Of a stretch of DNA of 64,000 nt, positions 13,403-28,488 are shown one piece after another (within the stretch, counting starts at the first letter, position 1; each line of letters opens with the position of its first letter). Location: assembly GCF_009914755.1 (NCBI RefSeq), contig NC_060947.1; one strand, given 5' to 3'. The notes under the pieces are model-generated. The model saw only the letters and a list, made by a program, of their open reading frames with translations. It searched no databases and was not told where the DNA came from. The stretch is from the human T2T-CHM13v2.0 reference genome, Homo sapiens. A program made the position numbers and the translations under genes.

Positions 13403-13814
13403 TCAACCACCTTGCTCTACTGCTTCTGTGCAGAGGCTGCACAAAACAGAGTAGGCCATTGTATAGTCATTTTGCAAATGTTCACTAAGCTGCCATATAC
13501 AAAAGAATTTGGGGTTATGAAAGTAGATGAAACTCCCTACTAACAATTCACACCAAGTGCAAAATTGAACAGCACCCAGTGAGAAGAACAGTCAAGTACT
13601 GTGGAAGCACAAGCATGAAGCTGTCCACACAAGGGAAATTGGAAGCCTTTATTGAGAAGGTGCTGGAACAAAGACATTAAGTAGCCAGGAACAGCATCCC
13701 AGGTGGTGGGCACAACATGTACAAAGGCAGGGAGATGTGAAATGGGATGGCTTACACAGCTGTAGGTGGCCTGGTTTTGACTGGAGCATAGAACTGGTCA
13801 TAAGGTATGTGTTA

Positions 13815-14283
13815 GTAATTTGCAGCAATAGGAAAATAGTAATTACCACAGACTTGGCTTAAAACAGCACAAACTTATTACCTTATAGTTCTGGGAATGA
13901 GAAGTCTGAAATGGGTTCTGTCCCTTATGGAGCACTAGGGGAAAGCCTGTTTCCTTGTCTTTTTCAGTATCTAGAGCTCTTCCACATCTCTTGGTTCATG
14001 ACCCCTTTCTGTTTTCAAAGCCAGAGGTGGATGGTAGAGTCTTAGTCACACTGCAACACTCTAACACTGCTTCCTTTGTCACATTGTTTCTGAATTGCTC
14101 CAATCCTTCAGTTATAAGGACCCTCTTGACTACATTGGGCTTGCCTGGATGGTCTCCCCTTCTCAGGATCCTACCCTTAATCACATCTACAAAGTCTCTT
14201 TTGCTAGGCGAGGTAACACAATCACAGGTTTCAGGAATTAGTATGTGAACATCTTTGGGAAGATCAGTATTCCCCCAGTGACA
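13815..14283 (-). mobile_element. MLT1C/D-like MaLR LTR
   Basis: AATTACCACAGACTTGGCTTAAAACAGCACAAA...CTTAATCACATCTACAAAGTC...GGTAACACAATCACAGGTT. Confidence 0.8.
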
Positions 14284-17149
14284 GGGAGACTGGGTAGCAG
14301 GGATTGTCAGGGCTATGTGTGCTGGTCTTGGGCTGAGGCTTCTGGGAAGATGCAGTCTTGGATAAACTTGACTTGGTGGAGAAAGGGCTGGGTCAAGTAT
14401 AGAGGAGGACAGTCCAAGCCCCACCATGGTCTTCTTTACCTGTTGGCCTTGGCACAGAGGAGATACCCAGGAAGAATTTGCAAAATGAAAAAAGGGTGAG
14501 GTGAGCCTGGCCTACAGCCAGTGGGTGGAGAAGTAGTCCCTACTAAGCTGCGCTCTCCCTGGGGGTAAGCTAGAGACTACAGCAGGAAGATGGGGCTCTC
14601 TGTATTGTATGAGACCTGAGACAAGTCTAATACTATTTGTCACTCTGTCACCCATTTAATGGCCATGGAGAGTAGTTGAAAGAGAATCAGTGGGGAAACT
14701 TAATTATCCCTGGTTTGTGTGTTTATAGAACAGATTTCAGGCCTCTCCCGGGCTTTGCTGGGAACCCGAGGCCAGAGATGCAATTCTGCTTGTCAGAAGT
14801 GGCCAAGCAGAGGGAGAAGCAGGTGGTCAGCCTGAGTTGGCTATTCTACTCTGTTGAGATCTGTCAGTTACCTTGTCAGCCACGACTGAGCTCTAATCTC
14901 CTGTCTAGAGGTTTTAGCAGGTTAATGATGATGGCCCAGAGCCCACCCTAACTCCTCAACATGAATACAAGCATCCTGCTGCTCAGCCTAGTGTCTGTCT
15001 CCCAATGCAACCCTGTTCTTGGTAGCCCCTGTAGTTGGTACCTAGCAGTGAGCCTTTCAGCATAGTATGTTTCTTCATGCCCAGCTCTGCCACTCCCTTC
15101 ATCTTCCTTGGTCCACATGCCACCCCCACTAGCTCTTCCGTGCCACCCACCCCTGCCCCATCTTTATTTCCTTATGGGCTGTTTCCTCACTGCCCTAGTG
15201 TGCTGGCCTGACCCTTAGCCATGTAATCAATTCTGAGAACATGACTGCTGCTGGAGGTCATGCCAGGAAGACTCAGGAGGCTTTCCCTGGCTTGGCCACC
15301 CCAACCTCTGTGTGACAGTGTACTCCATCTTCCCATTCTATAAAACAGGAGTTGAGACTAGTCAAGTGGTCCCCAACCAGGCAATTCTGGTGAGCAGCCA
15401 GCTCCTGGGGCTGACAATCTGGGCTTTTCTGACTTTCACTCCTGTACAGGGTACCATGATGGGTGACTGCTAATGAGAAGAGTTGAGAAAGAGACTGTGT
15501 ACTCCCTGAGATGATAAATTCTGAGCACAGGAACATTATTGGTTTTACTGATGACCATGTGCACAGCACACAGTAGGAGCTTTGTGAATACCTGGATGCA
15601 CACCATGACTGAAGCTGCTGATGGAGCTCCAAGTGAGTGAGAGTAAAGCAGCTGGCCCTTTGTCTCATTGTCCTGTTTTATCTGGCAGCCTCACTGAGCA
15701 GCCTCTGCTCAACACTTGCCTCTTCTGTGTGTGAGGCTGGGACTTGGCAGGGCCCAGGGACAGAGGAAAGAATGTAAAAACTTGCTATTCTTGGCCAACT
15801 CTGCTTCTTCTAGTGGTAAGACTTCTGGAAAGCCTCTCAGAACCTGATTTAAGTCATCTTTAAGTTGGAATGTTGATAAACGCGTAATGTACAAGGTTGT
15901 TATTAAAGTGTTTTGTTAACTGTGAAGGGCTACCTGAATATTTTATTCTGTTCAGAAACTTATAGCAGGGCTGTGGTCTCAGGTAGGGCCAAGTTAACTT
16001 TGTCTTCTCCCTGCTGCAGGTCCTCTAATAGAAACCATAACTACCAGAGCCCTAGGTTTTGAGCCCTTACATGTGCCAGGGCTAAGCTCAGAACTAGAGG
16101 TGCTGGTTGGGACATCTGATAGGCTCTTGCATTCTGCGGCCTCAATAGCTAACCTGAGAGGCCAGATATAGACCCCTGAATTGCCAGAGTACCAAGAAGT
16201 ATGAGATGTGCTGTTCCCATGGCCCAGCCTTCAGAAACTCAAGGAAAGGGAAGGGCAGCCATGCCAAGGAGGCTCCCCGTAAGAGAGTAACACTGAGCTA
16301 TAGCTGAAGGTAGCATTTTAGACAAAAGAGAAAGAAGCAGATAGGGGACTCCGGGTAGAGTGAAGCAAGCAAACACACCTTAGGCAGGCCTGGAGGTGTC
16401 AATGACATGGCCTGCTATCCATGCTAAGAGGAAAAGGATTGTCTCACAAAGTCCTGGAAGAAGCCATGGGACACAGTGTGCTTGGAGGTTGGAGCCAGAA
16501 ACTCCGTGGCTGCCTTCTGCTCTTCAGTAGAACTGTCCCTCTTCCCCTCATGCAAAAGAGCCATCCCCTATTCCTGGGCCCTCAACCTCTCTCCTCTAGG
16601 AAGACATTCTTCCACTGTCACTCCCAGGATATTTGTACAGATCCTGTCAAATTCTGTCCAAATCAGTAGAAAATAACTAAAAATTGGTAAGTAAAGAAAC
16701 AGCAGCAAGAGCACATCATTTAGAAAGACAAAAGCAAATACCAGAAGGAGCACCTAAAAACATTAAATGTGGCTACCTCTGAGCAGCTGGACTGAGTGGG
16801 ACCCAGGGAAGACTATTCTCATTAAAGCCTGTCAGAAACTTCTGATCTTTTTAACTTCAAAAGTGAAAAATAACTTAATACTCTTGCCTGACCCAAATCC
16901 CTCCTACTGGATTGGAAGTATTCTCTTACTGTGTCCTTCGAACAAATTGGGATGGGCAATGTTGGTGTTCTGAGGAGTCCTCTGACACCAGGGGAGATCA
17001 TCACTCCCCTGACCTCAGGGCTGTTAGGAAAAATTTCCTTTAATCTTCTAGGCCTCCCAATCCTGATCAGCACAAATAAGGTAGCTCTGAAATATTCATG
17101 GATTCTGAACCACACTGTGATATGGGGGTGCTGGGTGTGGTCTCTGAGC

Positions 17150-17360
17150 CACACCACCACTTGGCTTCAGCCTCATTCTCCAGGGGCCAGCTCAGTCATC
17201 TTAGTCAAGTTATGTAACCGCTCAGCGCTGCCTCAGTTTCCCTATGGGTAAAATAGAGCTGCTAACATTACTGCCTCTCAAGGTTTCAGGAGGCATAAAT
17301 GAGATACTGCCTGTGATGCAGAGCCTGGCATGTCATAGGCACCTAATGCATGTAAACAAC
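17150..17360 (+). mobile_element. MIR SINE
   Basis: GCCTCAGTTTCCCTATGGGTAAAAT...GCCTGGCATGTCATAGGCACC. Confidence 0.65.
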
Positions 17361-17868
17361 TTCTTAAGATTTTGGAACTGCAGAAGCTAATAAAATGATA
17401 GGATATTAGATACTGGATAAAGCAGAAGTCATTTTATATGGAGAACACTGAGGCTCTGAAAAGCCTGAGGTAATAAGTCAGAAGAATTTGGAAAGAAGCC
17501 CTTATGCACCCTTTCCCCAGCAGACAGATGGAGCATGGGGAATTGGGAAATGACTTCAGAGCTGTGAGTAGATGTGGAGCTGATGGGACAGGTACAAAAA
17601 GAGGAAAGGAAGCAAGAAGTAGATGCCACAGAGGGTGGAAATGGAGGAAGATGAGGCAGCTGGGCTATCCCTGAACTGAAAAGGCACTCTGGGCTGCTGA
17701 GGGTGGCAGGAAGTGGCTGGAGATGATGTTTGTCAAGGGCTACTAAGAGCAGCGCCAGAAGCTGGCTGAGCAAATGGAACCTTCCCTCAGCTAACCATGC
17801 CTTCAAACATCTGTAAGACTGGCAGGGAGGACTGAGAAGCAGCTGTGCTAGGGCCTGAGGGATGGCTT

Positions 17869-17870
<2 letters not shown>

Positions 17871-17919
<49 letters not shown>
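17871..17919. repeat. (GT)n microsatellite
   Basis: About 24 units. Confidence 0.98.
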
Positions 17920-17920
<1 letters not shown>

Positions 17921-18294
17921 TGTGAGTGTTCCTGTGGCAAGCTAATTCCGAAGGTTGCAAAACACCCTGAGACCCTGGGTGTATTGTGTGATGTGAGTGG
18001 CCTCCAGCCACAGAAAAGGATGCCTGAAGGGACAGGAGGTCTGCTTCCTTTAGAAGCAGTTGCCTTCCCAGCCAGCCTCGGCAATACCTCCTTAATCCAG
18101 GCTGTGCTGGAGAGAAGTTCTGGATCCTGCTTATCCCTTGAAGCTGAAAAGACAAGGACTTCTCTGTGACTGGGTCAGTAACCAGGCCCTGAAATATCTT
18201 TGGAATTCCCAAGAGTGGGAACAAGGAAGAAAGAATGTCTGAGAAGTATAATGGTGGGGGGCAGTTCCAGGATTTCTACATAGGAGGGTCTTAG

Positions 18295-18765
<471 letters not shown>

Positions 18766-19349
18766 TAAATCTCTAAAGCTTGGCAAGGCCTTCATGATTC
18801 TCCCTACTCAGGGCTTGGGAAAGGAGTCCATCTGGTAGGACCAAGTGTTTCCTTCCATACTGTCCTACTCCTGGGGGCTTGCCTTACCTGAGAGAGAGCA
18901 GGCAGAGGGAAAAGAGGCTGAGTGGAGGTAGCCCTGTGCTGAGAATAGGAACATTTTACTGCTCACTTGCCATGTGACCTTAGGTTTGTCATCGTCCTCT
19001 CCCCTGCTCGCCACACCACTCTGGGCCTCCACTTCTCGGGCTTTAACATGAAGACAATTATGCTTGATGACCTCTAGGAGCTCTACCAGTGTGAGTTTAG
19101 ACTGAAAGGGCATAGGCCCAGGGCACAGTTGGCAGATAACCACCATGCAGGTGTCAGAAGGCGAGCAAAGGCAGAAGCCACCTGGGCTCATCTGGACAGG
19201 TGCCTCTTCTTCCTGGAGACTTTGGGAGATGTTGGTGACTTTGAACACAAATCTCAAAATCACGAAATCCAAAGCTACAGCAGAGAGATCTGCTCCAGCT
19301 TTGCATCTGAGCCAGAAGCCAGCCAGGCAGCTCACAACCTAGGTGTGGG

Positions 19350-20170
19350 CTCCTTTGGCAACCAGACACAACTTAAATTTGCATGTTTCTTTACACATAA
19401 ATGACTGCTTTTGACTCATTATCTCTCCCAAGCTCTGTTTATCCATGTTGTTTCCCCTAGAAAAGTATGGGATTTTACATTTACCCTTCTTAACCCTGTT
19501 TCAAGCTGTCAATTATCTTTTTATATCTTGATTCCAGTGTGTCCTTGTATTAACTTGCTCTCCCAGCCTCATGTATCCTGTAAATCTGATAAGTGGTCTT
19601 CTGTGCCTTTACCCAAATCAATGATAACATTAAGATGTGATCAAGTTCAGAGAGCCCTGGCCTTTAGGGAGCCCTCCAATTTGATTGACTCATTAATTAA
19701 TCTCTTTGGATATAGTTGTTCAACCACCTATGGATATGGCTAACAACCTTGTCCACAGGAAAGTCTTGAGATACTTTATCAAATGCATTGCTGAAACCCA
19801 GAAGTTCTAAGCCTATGGCAATCTTCTGATTTATGTGGCCAGAGATCTTAACAAAAGTAGGGGCTAACTGGATTTGGCATGACTTCCTCCTGGTGGCCAT
19901 ATGCCCTTTGATCATTGTTCCTGAACCTGCTGGCTTAGTGATTAGTGCTATAACTTTGCTCAGAACTAACATAAATTAGCCTGACTTTCCATGAATCTTT
20001 CTCTTCAGAAAACTGGGGCATTTGTTGACCTCCTTTTGCCTCTTTTGTTTGTGGATTCCGAGGCTTGCTGTTTCAGGTTCTGCAAACATAACTGCTAGTT
20101 CTTCCAGGAACTTCAAAGACAATTTTTATTCACACTAAGAAGTCAAACTTGTTTAATGCAGCTAGCAGTC
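19350..20170 (-). mobile_element. L3/CR1 LINE remnant (reverse transcriptase region)
   Basis: ORF 19697-19972 reads RRKSCQIQL...LGFSNAFDKVSQ...RWLNNYIQR, matching CR1 RT (GRSCLTNL...LDFSKAFDTVSH...WIKNWL). Confidence 0.8.
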
Positions 20171-20199
20171 CAGAAGACAAAATTATTGTTTGGCTATGT

Positions 20200-20369
20200 A
20201 AACCATTTTATAATATCTATGAAAAATACCTCTCCAAAAAGCTAATTACAAAAACCTTTGCCACAAATGAAAGGACTAATTATCATACAAATAGATCTTA
20301 AAAATAAGATACAACCTAAGAAAAATGAGTAAAGGATATGCATAAGCAGTTTATGGAAAAACATATAGG
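20200..20369 (+). mobile_element. Old L1M(E) 3' fragment, resuming at about 22845-22945
   Basis: AAAAATGAGTAAAGGATATGCATAAGCAGTTTAT, continued after the retrocopy by CACATGAAAATATGCTTAATCTC...ATCAGATTAGCAAAAATTAAAA. Confidence 0.6.
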
Positions 20370-21033
20370 CAGCCCAGGGACTCTTTGGTAGACCCTGGTC
20401 AGAGGAGCCTGCACCGGACCATGGCCATGCCTTATGCCACCACTGGGCCTGGCCACCTCATGCGCCCATATCAACTATGACTTGAATCAGTTCCTACACC
20501 TGTGTGTACACCTCAACTGCATACCTGACATCTGGGTGCTGCATTACTGGAGCACAGCAGCAGCAGACATTTTGACACAGCCTTCTTCCTTTGCTGCCTG
20601 CGGGAGCCACTGGCCATCTACTCTAACTTGGCCAAGGTGGTGGGCTGCCAGTGGTCATCTCCATCAGCAGCAACTGAAAGTTTTATGCCTGAAGAAATTT
20701 GGCACCCACATAGTTTTATGAAATAAGACTTATTCTTTGCCTCTCTCTGACTTGCACAAATTTTGTTTGGATCTTGCATTAGAAGGGGTAGAAAGACGGC
20801 TGATGATCACGTTAACTGCTAATGAAATGCTCCAGCTTTTACCAGGTGATAAGCTATATTTAGATTCACACTTTTTACAGTCTTGTCTGCTAAAAAAAAA
20901 ACTGAAGAAATCATGAAGGTAGACAAAAAGTTTCACCAAGTAGTGATGTAAAATTGACATCTTAACACTCATGTGACTGTTCAAAGTATAAATACACTCA
21001 TTCTAAGAATTATGTAGTAAGAACCATTTGTAG
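20370..21033 (+). pseudogene. NUDT19: 5'-truncated processed pseudogene of NUDT19 (acyl-CoA diphosphatase); 3'UTR-derived sequence probably extends to about 22840
   Basis: Frameshifted, intronless translation: FLHLCVHLNCIPDIWVLHYWS / RHFDTAFFLCCLREPLAIYSNLAKVVGCQWSSPSAATESF / SDLHKFCLDLALEGVERRL / LLPGDKLYL ...HL* (TAG 21031-21033). Recalled NUDT19: FLRLCAHLDCTPDIWALHNWS / RRFDTAFFLCCLREPPPVYPDLAEVVGYQWSSPSEATESF / SDLHKFCLGRALEGLERWL / LLPGDELYL ...SHL. The Nudix box is missing. Confidence 0.93.
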
Positions 21034-21230
21034 GATGCTTCTTGTTTGTAAGCTGGCATACTTGAAGTAGTCCTAATAAATGAAGGTTGACTAAACTTGC
21101 TTGAATCTTTAGAAACTTTGTGCCTGTAAAAGTTATAATGTGGTGTTTATTTCAAGTATACTATAGAACTCTTGCTTATTTTATTCTGTAAACTTTACAG
21201 TATACCACAAGTACAAAATCTATAAAGTAT

Positions 21231-22309
<1,079 letters not shown>

Positions 22310-22927
22310 CTACTGCTACTGTTCTTACTGTCCAGTGTGTTAGCACTTCCCTAATGTGCTTTGAAGGTTGCTCCATGAATTTCCTTGACACTGCTGAAAT
22401 TAACTTAAGGGTGGCTGATTACATGGTTAACAATACACTGAGACAAACTTCAAGTGATAATGTCATTGTTTTCTTGCTGTGTTTAGCTTGATGACTAAGA
22501 TACAATTCTTTTAAGAATCAAGTGACATTATTATATTTCCCAAATTATGAATCTTCATTAATATTTTAAGGAAATATAAAGCCATAGCAAAACCCATTAT
22601 TTTTATTTTGAATTGTAAATGAACACAAAGAGGTTAGAGAGACAGTATTTAATGTTTATTTTCAGTACATTTAATATAAGTAATTTTTTTCACCTCTAAA
22701 GAGGAGGAATGTTTAAAGGTGGGAAGTGATAGTTAAGACACCAATTATATTTCAAGATCTTTGACTATACTATATGTCATACACTGGATTTCATTTTTCA
22801 CAAAATGCCTTAGTTTTCTTACAAGAGAAAGGCAATGATGACTCTTAAATACAAGAGTCTGATGCACATGAAAATATGCTTAATCTCTCATGATTATGAA
22901 AAATAAATCAAATCTGTCATCAGATTA

Positions 22928-23167
<240 letters not shown>

Positions 23168-23902
23168 CTACAACCTTTCGGTGATTTAGTTTTATAGTTT
23201 TGATAAGTCCCTAGTAATAAGTCTAGATCAGAGACTTAGTTTAGGATTTAGATTTTGAGGATATTTATCAAAGATGTTACAAATCTCAAAACATTTGATC
23301 AAAACAGTGTAAGAGTTATTTAACCAAGAATGATAATCAAAAGTCTTTCAAAGCAATACAGAAAGTTACATGGATGTAAAAACCTTAATTATTTTAAATC
23401 TGTTTTACTAAAGAATCAAAAACCTGTAAATATAAAAATTTTATTTTGACAAAATGTAAAATCTTTGTTTTTTAGACAAGTTACCAAAAAGACAAAAACC
23501 TTCTGCAGTATGATTGCTTCCCTTTATAGGAAGCCCATTTAGATTATGTGGAAATTAAACCTGATGAGAAAAGTACTGAATTTAATCATACACATGAAGT
23601 ATGTGTCCAGGGTTATGAGTATAGCAGGGAAATATAGGACTCAGTAACCTCATGTCAAGTTTCCTGGTTACATGAAACAATTCAGACACATCAAGAAAAG
23701 CCAAGAGTACAAAATTAGGTTATACTGGAGGAAAACATTGCTTTTTTAGACTTTCAAGATAAAACATTTTGGCATCAGGCCATAACAGCAGATAGAACCA
23801 GAGGGAAAAAAATTACAGGAGCTTACAAAAAAGTTGGAGAGAGTTATCATCTCAAGCTTTCTCAAGGGGAGAGAAAGCTGAAAGCAGTGAGGCACAACAA
23901 AG

Positions 23903-24176
23903 GTTTTTTTTTAAATTTCCAACTTTTATTTTAAGTTCAGGGGCACATGTACAGGATGTGCAGGTTTGTTACATAGGCAAACATGTGCCATGTTGATTAG
24001 CTGCACAGATCATCACATCACCTAGGTTTTAAGCCCAGCATCCATTAGCTATTCTTCCTGATGCTCTCCCTCCTCCCACCCCCCACCCTCCAACAGGCCC
24101 CAGTGTGTGTTGTTCCCCATCATGTGTCCATGTGTTATCACTCAGCTCCCACTTATAAGTGAGAACATGTGGTATT
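23903..24176 (-). mobile_element. L1PA (PA13-like) 3'UTR fragment
   Basis: Poly(T), then CAACTTTTATTTTAAGTTCAGGGG...GCTATTCTTCCTGATGCTCTCCC...ATAAGTGAGAACATG. Confidence 0.88.
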
Positions 24177-25076
24177 AAACTTTAAGATATGAATCTGAGA
24201 AATTTTCAAAATAAACAGGTTATAGTATTAAAAATAAAAATATTCTTGTAACTTCATTAAGAGCAAATCAATACCTTAAGAAAATCTTGTTTTAACATAG
24301 AAGATCAATCTTAGAAAGACTATCATAAATAATTCCCTTCAAATTATAGCCAACTTAATCATATACAAAATTCTTTCCTGAACCTTATCACAACTTAGAC
24401 CACTAACAACATGCTTGGACTTTCTGACTTGTCCTATGCTACGTCTTTCCTAAATAAGCAGTCATCATATTTTAGGACAAAATTTTACCATATAAGATTC
24501 TCCCTCATACAAAATTATTCTGTTTATAAACTTCCTTACCAAAAATACATCTTCCTATCCATAACTTTCTTCATACTTCTTGTCTACTTACTGGTTCCTT
24601 TCTTCTTTCACAAATAACTTTTAAATAATCTCCCACTTACATTAAATTATCCTTTTTCTCAGTAAGAACATAACAAAGAATTATATATTAGCTCGAATTC
24701 TTAGTAACTTTAAATTTTAGTGAAAACCTAGGAAGAAAGAAACCCTAAAGTATCTATCAGATGTTAGCATTTTATAGATGAAACCACTTCACTATTTTTA
24801 GCAACATGTCTCCCCATATTATAACCCTTAATTGGAAATGGCCCAGACATCCAATGAACATCTATTATTCAGTTCACAATAATTTTAAGATATTAAATTA
24901 CATAAAGTTCACTTACAAGGATTAATCCCATTTGTATGTACTCAATTCTTTCATTTTTAATGGTTTATCTAGATTACTTCTGAAAACTGAAATATTAGAG
25001 AAAACTAGTCATCATTTAAGTTATTTCTCTGTTAACCATTTTTAAAGCCTGTGATCATCAGGTGTTCACCTAAGTA

Positions 25077-25121
25077 CTAAAAGTAATGGTAAAAACCGCA
25101 ATTGCTTTTGTGCCAACCTAG
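25077..25121. mobile_element. Half MADE1 (mariner-derived MITE)
   Basis: AAAAGTAATGGTAAAAACCGCAATTGCTTTTGTGCCAACCTA is one MADE1/Hsmar1 TIR arm. Confidence 0.85.
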
Positions 25122-25297
25122 CAAAAACCTTAAATACATGGGCATTTTGTCAATAACTTACATTATTCTGTTTTTATTGAACCAGCAATCTCAAGTTAGT
25201 TTTATTTGTCAATGAAATCATGCAAAGATTATTCTGGTTTTGGCTGGGCTTATAGTCTTATAACCTTTGTTATAAGTGTTTTATAGATCATTCAGGT

Positions 25298-25430
25298 CCA
25301 CAGTTCTCAATCCTGGCTACACATTGGAATCACTAAGAGAGCTTTTTAAATACCCAATATCCAGGTCTGCCCCCTAGAACATTCTGGGATGGAATCCATG
25401 CTTTAATATTTAAAATGCTCCCCGGAAACT
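25298..25430. mobile_element. MER5-like hAT-Charlie MITE
   Basis: GTTCTCAATCCTGGCTACACATTGGAATCAC...TTTAAAATGCTCCCC. Confidence 0.65.
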
Positions 25431-26120
25431 TCTGTTTCCAGCCATAAGAGAGGACTAGAAACTGGATCTAGCCTTTCATCCAGAAATCTGGACAAAATAC
25501 AGTGTATGTTAGCATTCAGACGTTAGACAACAGTCATGGCAAGACTGTGAGATCTATTAGAGAAAGGAAATGAAGCAAGTCCTACAATTTCGTCAACTAA
25601 CTGGTCTAAATTGAGGAAACATTGAAGTTCAGGTAGACCAACGTGGCTAGAATTTGTGGGCAGAGTTCTGGAGAGTTGATAGCTGCAAAGAAAGAGTTGC
25701 ACAGTATTGCAAAGAGGTCCTTGGGTGTTTTGTTAAGAATTGATCTGAGCATACGTGAAAAAAAAAAATCTAAGATCAGGAAAAGAACCACTAGAAAGCA
25801 ATAGGATGAACAATTCCCAGAGCTCAAACAGGGCTAGGAATTGTTCTTGTTCATTCCAGCCAGAGTGGAAAACCTTGTAACATAGAAGACATCACCTAGA
25901 GTCCCAAGAAGGGTGTCACCTTAGTAATGAAGCTAAAATAGCCCTAAAATAAAAGGTGTTATGGACTCACCCTAAAAAAAAAAAGATAAAAAGCCTTGAA
26001 AGGATCCAATTATTTCCAAGTAACTTACTTGGCTCTCACAATAAAACTTTATAGGAGTACATACTCATCTCCCAACAAAGTACAACTCACAATGTCTGGC
26101 ATCTGACCAAAAACTACCAA
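25430..26120 (+). mobile_element. Old L1M 5' region fragment
   Basis: GATCAGGAAAAGAACCACTAGAAAG and CACAATGTCTGGCATC...AAAAACTACCAAG resemble L1M 5'UTR/ORF1 start. Confidence 0.5.
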
Positions 26121-26121
26121 G

Positions 26122-26600
26122 TATGTTCGTGTTCTATTGCTGCCATAAGAAATTACCACAAACTTAGTGGTTTCAATAACACCCGTTTATTATAGTCTCT
26201 GTGAGTAAGAAGACTGGGCATCGTATAGCTCTTCTGGGCTCTCTGCTTATGGTCTCAAAAGGTTGAAATCAAGGTGTCAGTTTGCTGCATTCTCATTTGG
26301 AACTTGGGATCATCTCCCAAGCTCAACTTCAGTTCCTGAAAGTTGTAGGACTGAGGTCCCCATTTCCTTGTTGGCTGTCAGCTAGGAGCCGTCCACCTTT
26401 CTTCTCATAATGCCCCCTCCATCTTCAAACCAGCAGTAGCGCATCAAGTTCTTCTCATACTTCAAATCTCCCTGACTCCCTCTTCTACATCTGCTTTCAA
26501 AGACTCTTCCTTTAATGATTACATTGGGCCCACACAGATAAACCAGTATAATTTTCCTATCTTAAGGTCAAATGATTGGTAAACTTTACTAACAACATAC
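26122..26600 (-). mobile_element. MLT1E/F-like MaLR LTR
   Basis: GCTGCCATAAGAAATTACCACAAACTTAGTGG...GATTACATTGGGCCCACACAGATAA. Confidence 0.75.
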
Positions 26601-28488
26601 CTCGAAGGTCATTGATTGTGAATAAACATGAGCTTATACCATAGGCATAGTAAAGATACTAATGACCAATACAGATAGAGAAAAAATCAAAATGGCCAGT
26701 GTATTCTTATTATTCTTATTCTTCCTGTTCCTCAGTTTCTCATCTCATCTGTAAAATGGACATTAGCAGCACTATTTCGCATGTGAGCATTAAAAGACCG
26801 AGTACCCAAAAAGCACTTGGAACATAAGAACTTTGCCCAAGACTGCACAATTAGGGAGTGGGACAGCTTGGATTTGTGTCCAGTACATCATGCTACAGAG
26901 CTTGGGAAACTCAGAGATTTGTGTTAAGTGAAAGACGCAGTCTATAAGAGCATATACATTTTAGAAAGTCATTATACAGTACTTACTACTTTGTATTTAA
27001 ATATATTTATATATAAAAATGAACCTAGTGATGAAAAGGTGTATTATGACATAGGTAAGGTGATGTTTATTGCAATCCTGGGGACAGAAGCCATAGTGTA
27101 GTGGTATAAATAGTCAGTGGGAAGTGATGAATACTATCAGGGAATGTAGAAAGACACGAGAGAGAGAGAGAGAAAAAATGAATATTGATACTGTGGCTAA
27201 AGGGAGGATGAGGAGTCAGGAATAAACTTTTTTGAATCTTCAATTTCTTGAACAAGTTTAAAAATTATATGAAGGAACCATCTCATCTCAAATTTAACCT
27301 TTGAAGTCGCCCATATATTCATTGCCTTTCTTATCCTCTTATTTACAATTTAGAGCCCATTAGATGCCTCAAACATAATAGTATGGATTTAGAGATCAAT
27401 ATATAGTTAGTGAATGAAAAAATGGACAAGTGTGTGTCAAGGAAATGCTAGTAACTCTTGAATTTTTGCCTCTCCAGGAGGCAGAGATGGCTGAAATCCT
27501 GGTGTGATATTGCTGGATAATGCAAGAGCTGAGGGCCCCTGCCCTGGTGACAGCAAATGGGCCCAGAATTTTCCTATAAATATATTAATATACTGAGCAG
27601 TCAAAGAGCAGCCACTAGGCAAACATGACCGACCTCTTGTTTCCCTGGTGCGATCTACCATTGATCTCACTAGGTAAGTTTAAAGACATTCTTCCCATCA
27701 TGGGGAAGAATGATTTGGGTCTGCTCAGATTCATGATGTTGAATACACCCAAATCAGCTTCTGAAAACACCCCAAATGTAGAGAAATCTCTGTCTCCAAA
27801 ACTTTGAACTCAAGGCATATCAAAGACATTTGCTTCCTTCCTCTAAATATCTGTATTCTTATTAAAAGGAACAATGAGAAATGACTTTTCACAATGCCTT
27901 CTTGGCCCTGAGGCTCAGCCAGCGCCTAATGCTGTGTCTCAGCATTTAAAGGGCCGCTGACGTCTTTTACTCCATGCCATAATCTCTGGACAGGTTTTCT
28001 CATTTACACCTGGGGACAGCTCCATAATGATGGTATGGTCAGTCCCATTTCACAGATAACCAAGTTCAGGCTCACAGAGCCTAAGTCACCTTTCCAGGTA
28101 AGTGGCAGCATTGGGGTGAGTTTCCATCCCTCACCCTTCCTAGAGGACTCTGAGCAGCCTCCTTTTTAGAAGATGGCTTCCAGGGCTTGAGAAATGGTCA
28201 GAGTCCACCCCCTGCTATTGTGACCCCACAAGCATTTACTCAACAACTCTTCTGGGTAATGAAGATGATAGAGGTGAGATCCCATCCTTTGTGCCAAGAA
28301 ATGTAGGTGTAGGACCACACGAGTTGGCAGATACCTGAAGTTGATGAGTGGGCTCAGGCAGAAGCTCAGGTGTTGGCCTTGGGATGGGTGACCAGGAGAG
28401 AAGGAAAGTAACATGCACTGAACCACTGTAAGCTAATGCACTTTATACTTCATCTCCTTTAATTCTAACAGCTATTCAAGATACCCAC

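Larger units (their letters stand above)
23170..25290 (-). mobile_element. ERV1 MER4-group internal region
   Basis: AT-rich sequence with motifs such as CTCAAAACATTTGATCAAAACAG and TTTATCTAGATTACTTCTGAAAACTGA, recalled from MER4-group internals. Confidence 0.6.

Noticed and set aside
17787-18224. His-Thr repeat ORFs (also 8115, 29601)
   Set aside because: Translations of (CA)n microsatellites.
18865-19404. Overlapping 156-aa and 91-aa ORFs with a CAA|GTGAGC donor
   Set aside because: The 3' part is MIR-like (CATGTGACCTTAGG, GATGACCTCTAGG) and there is no protein similarity.
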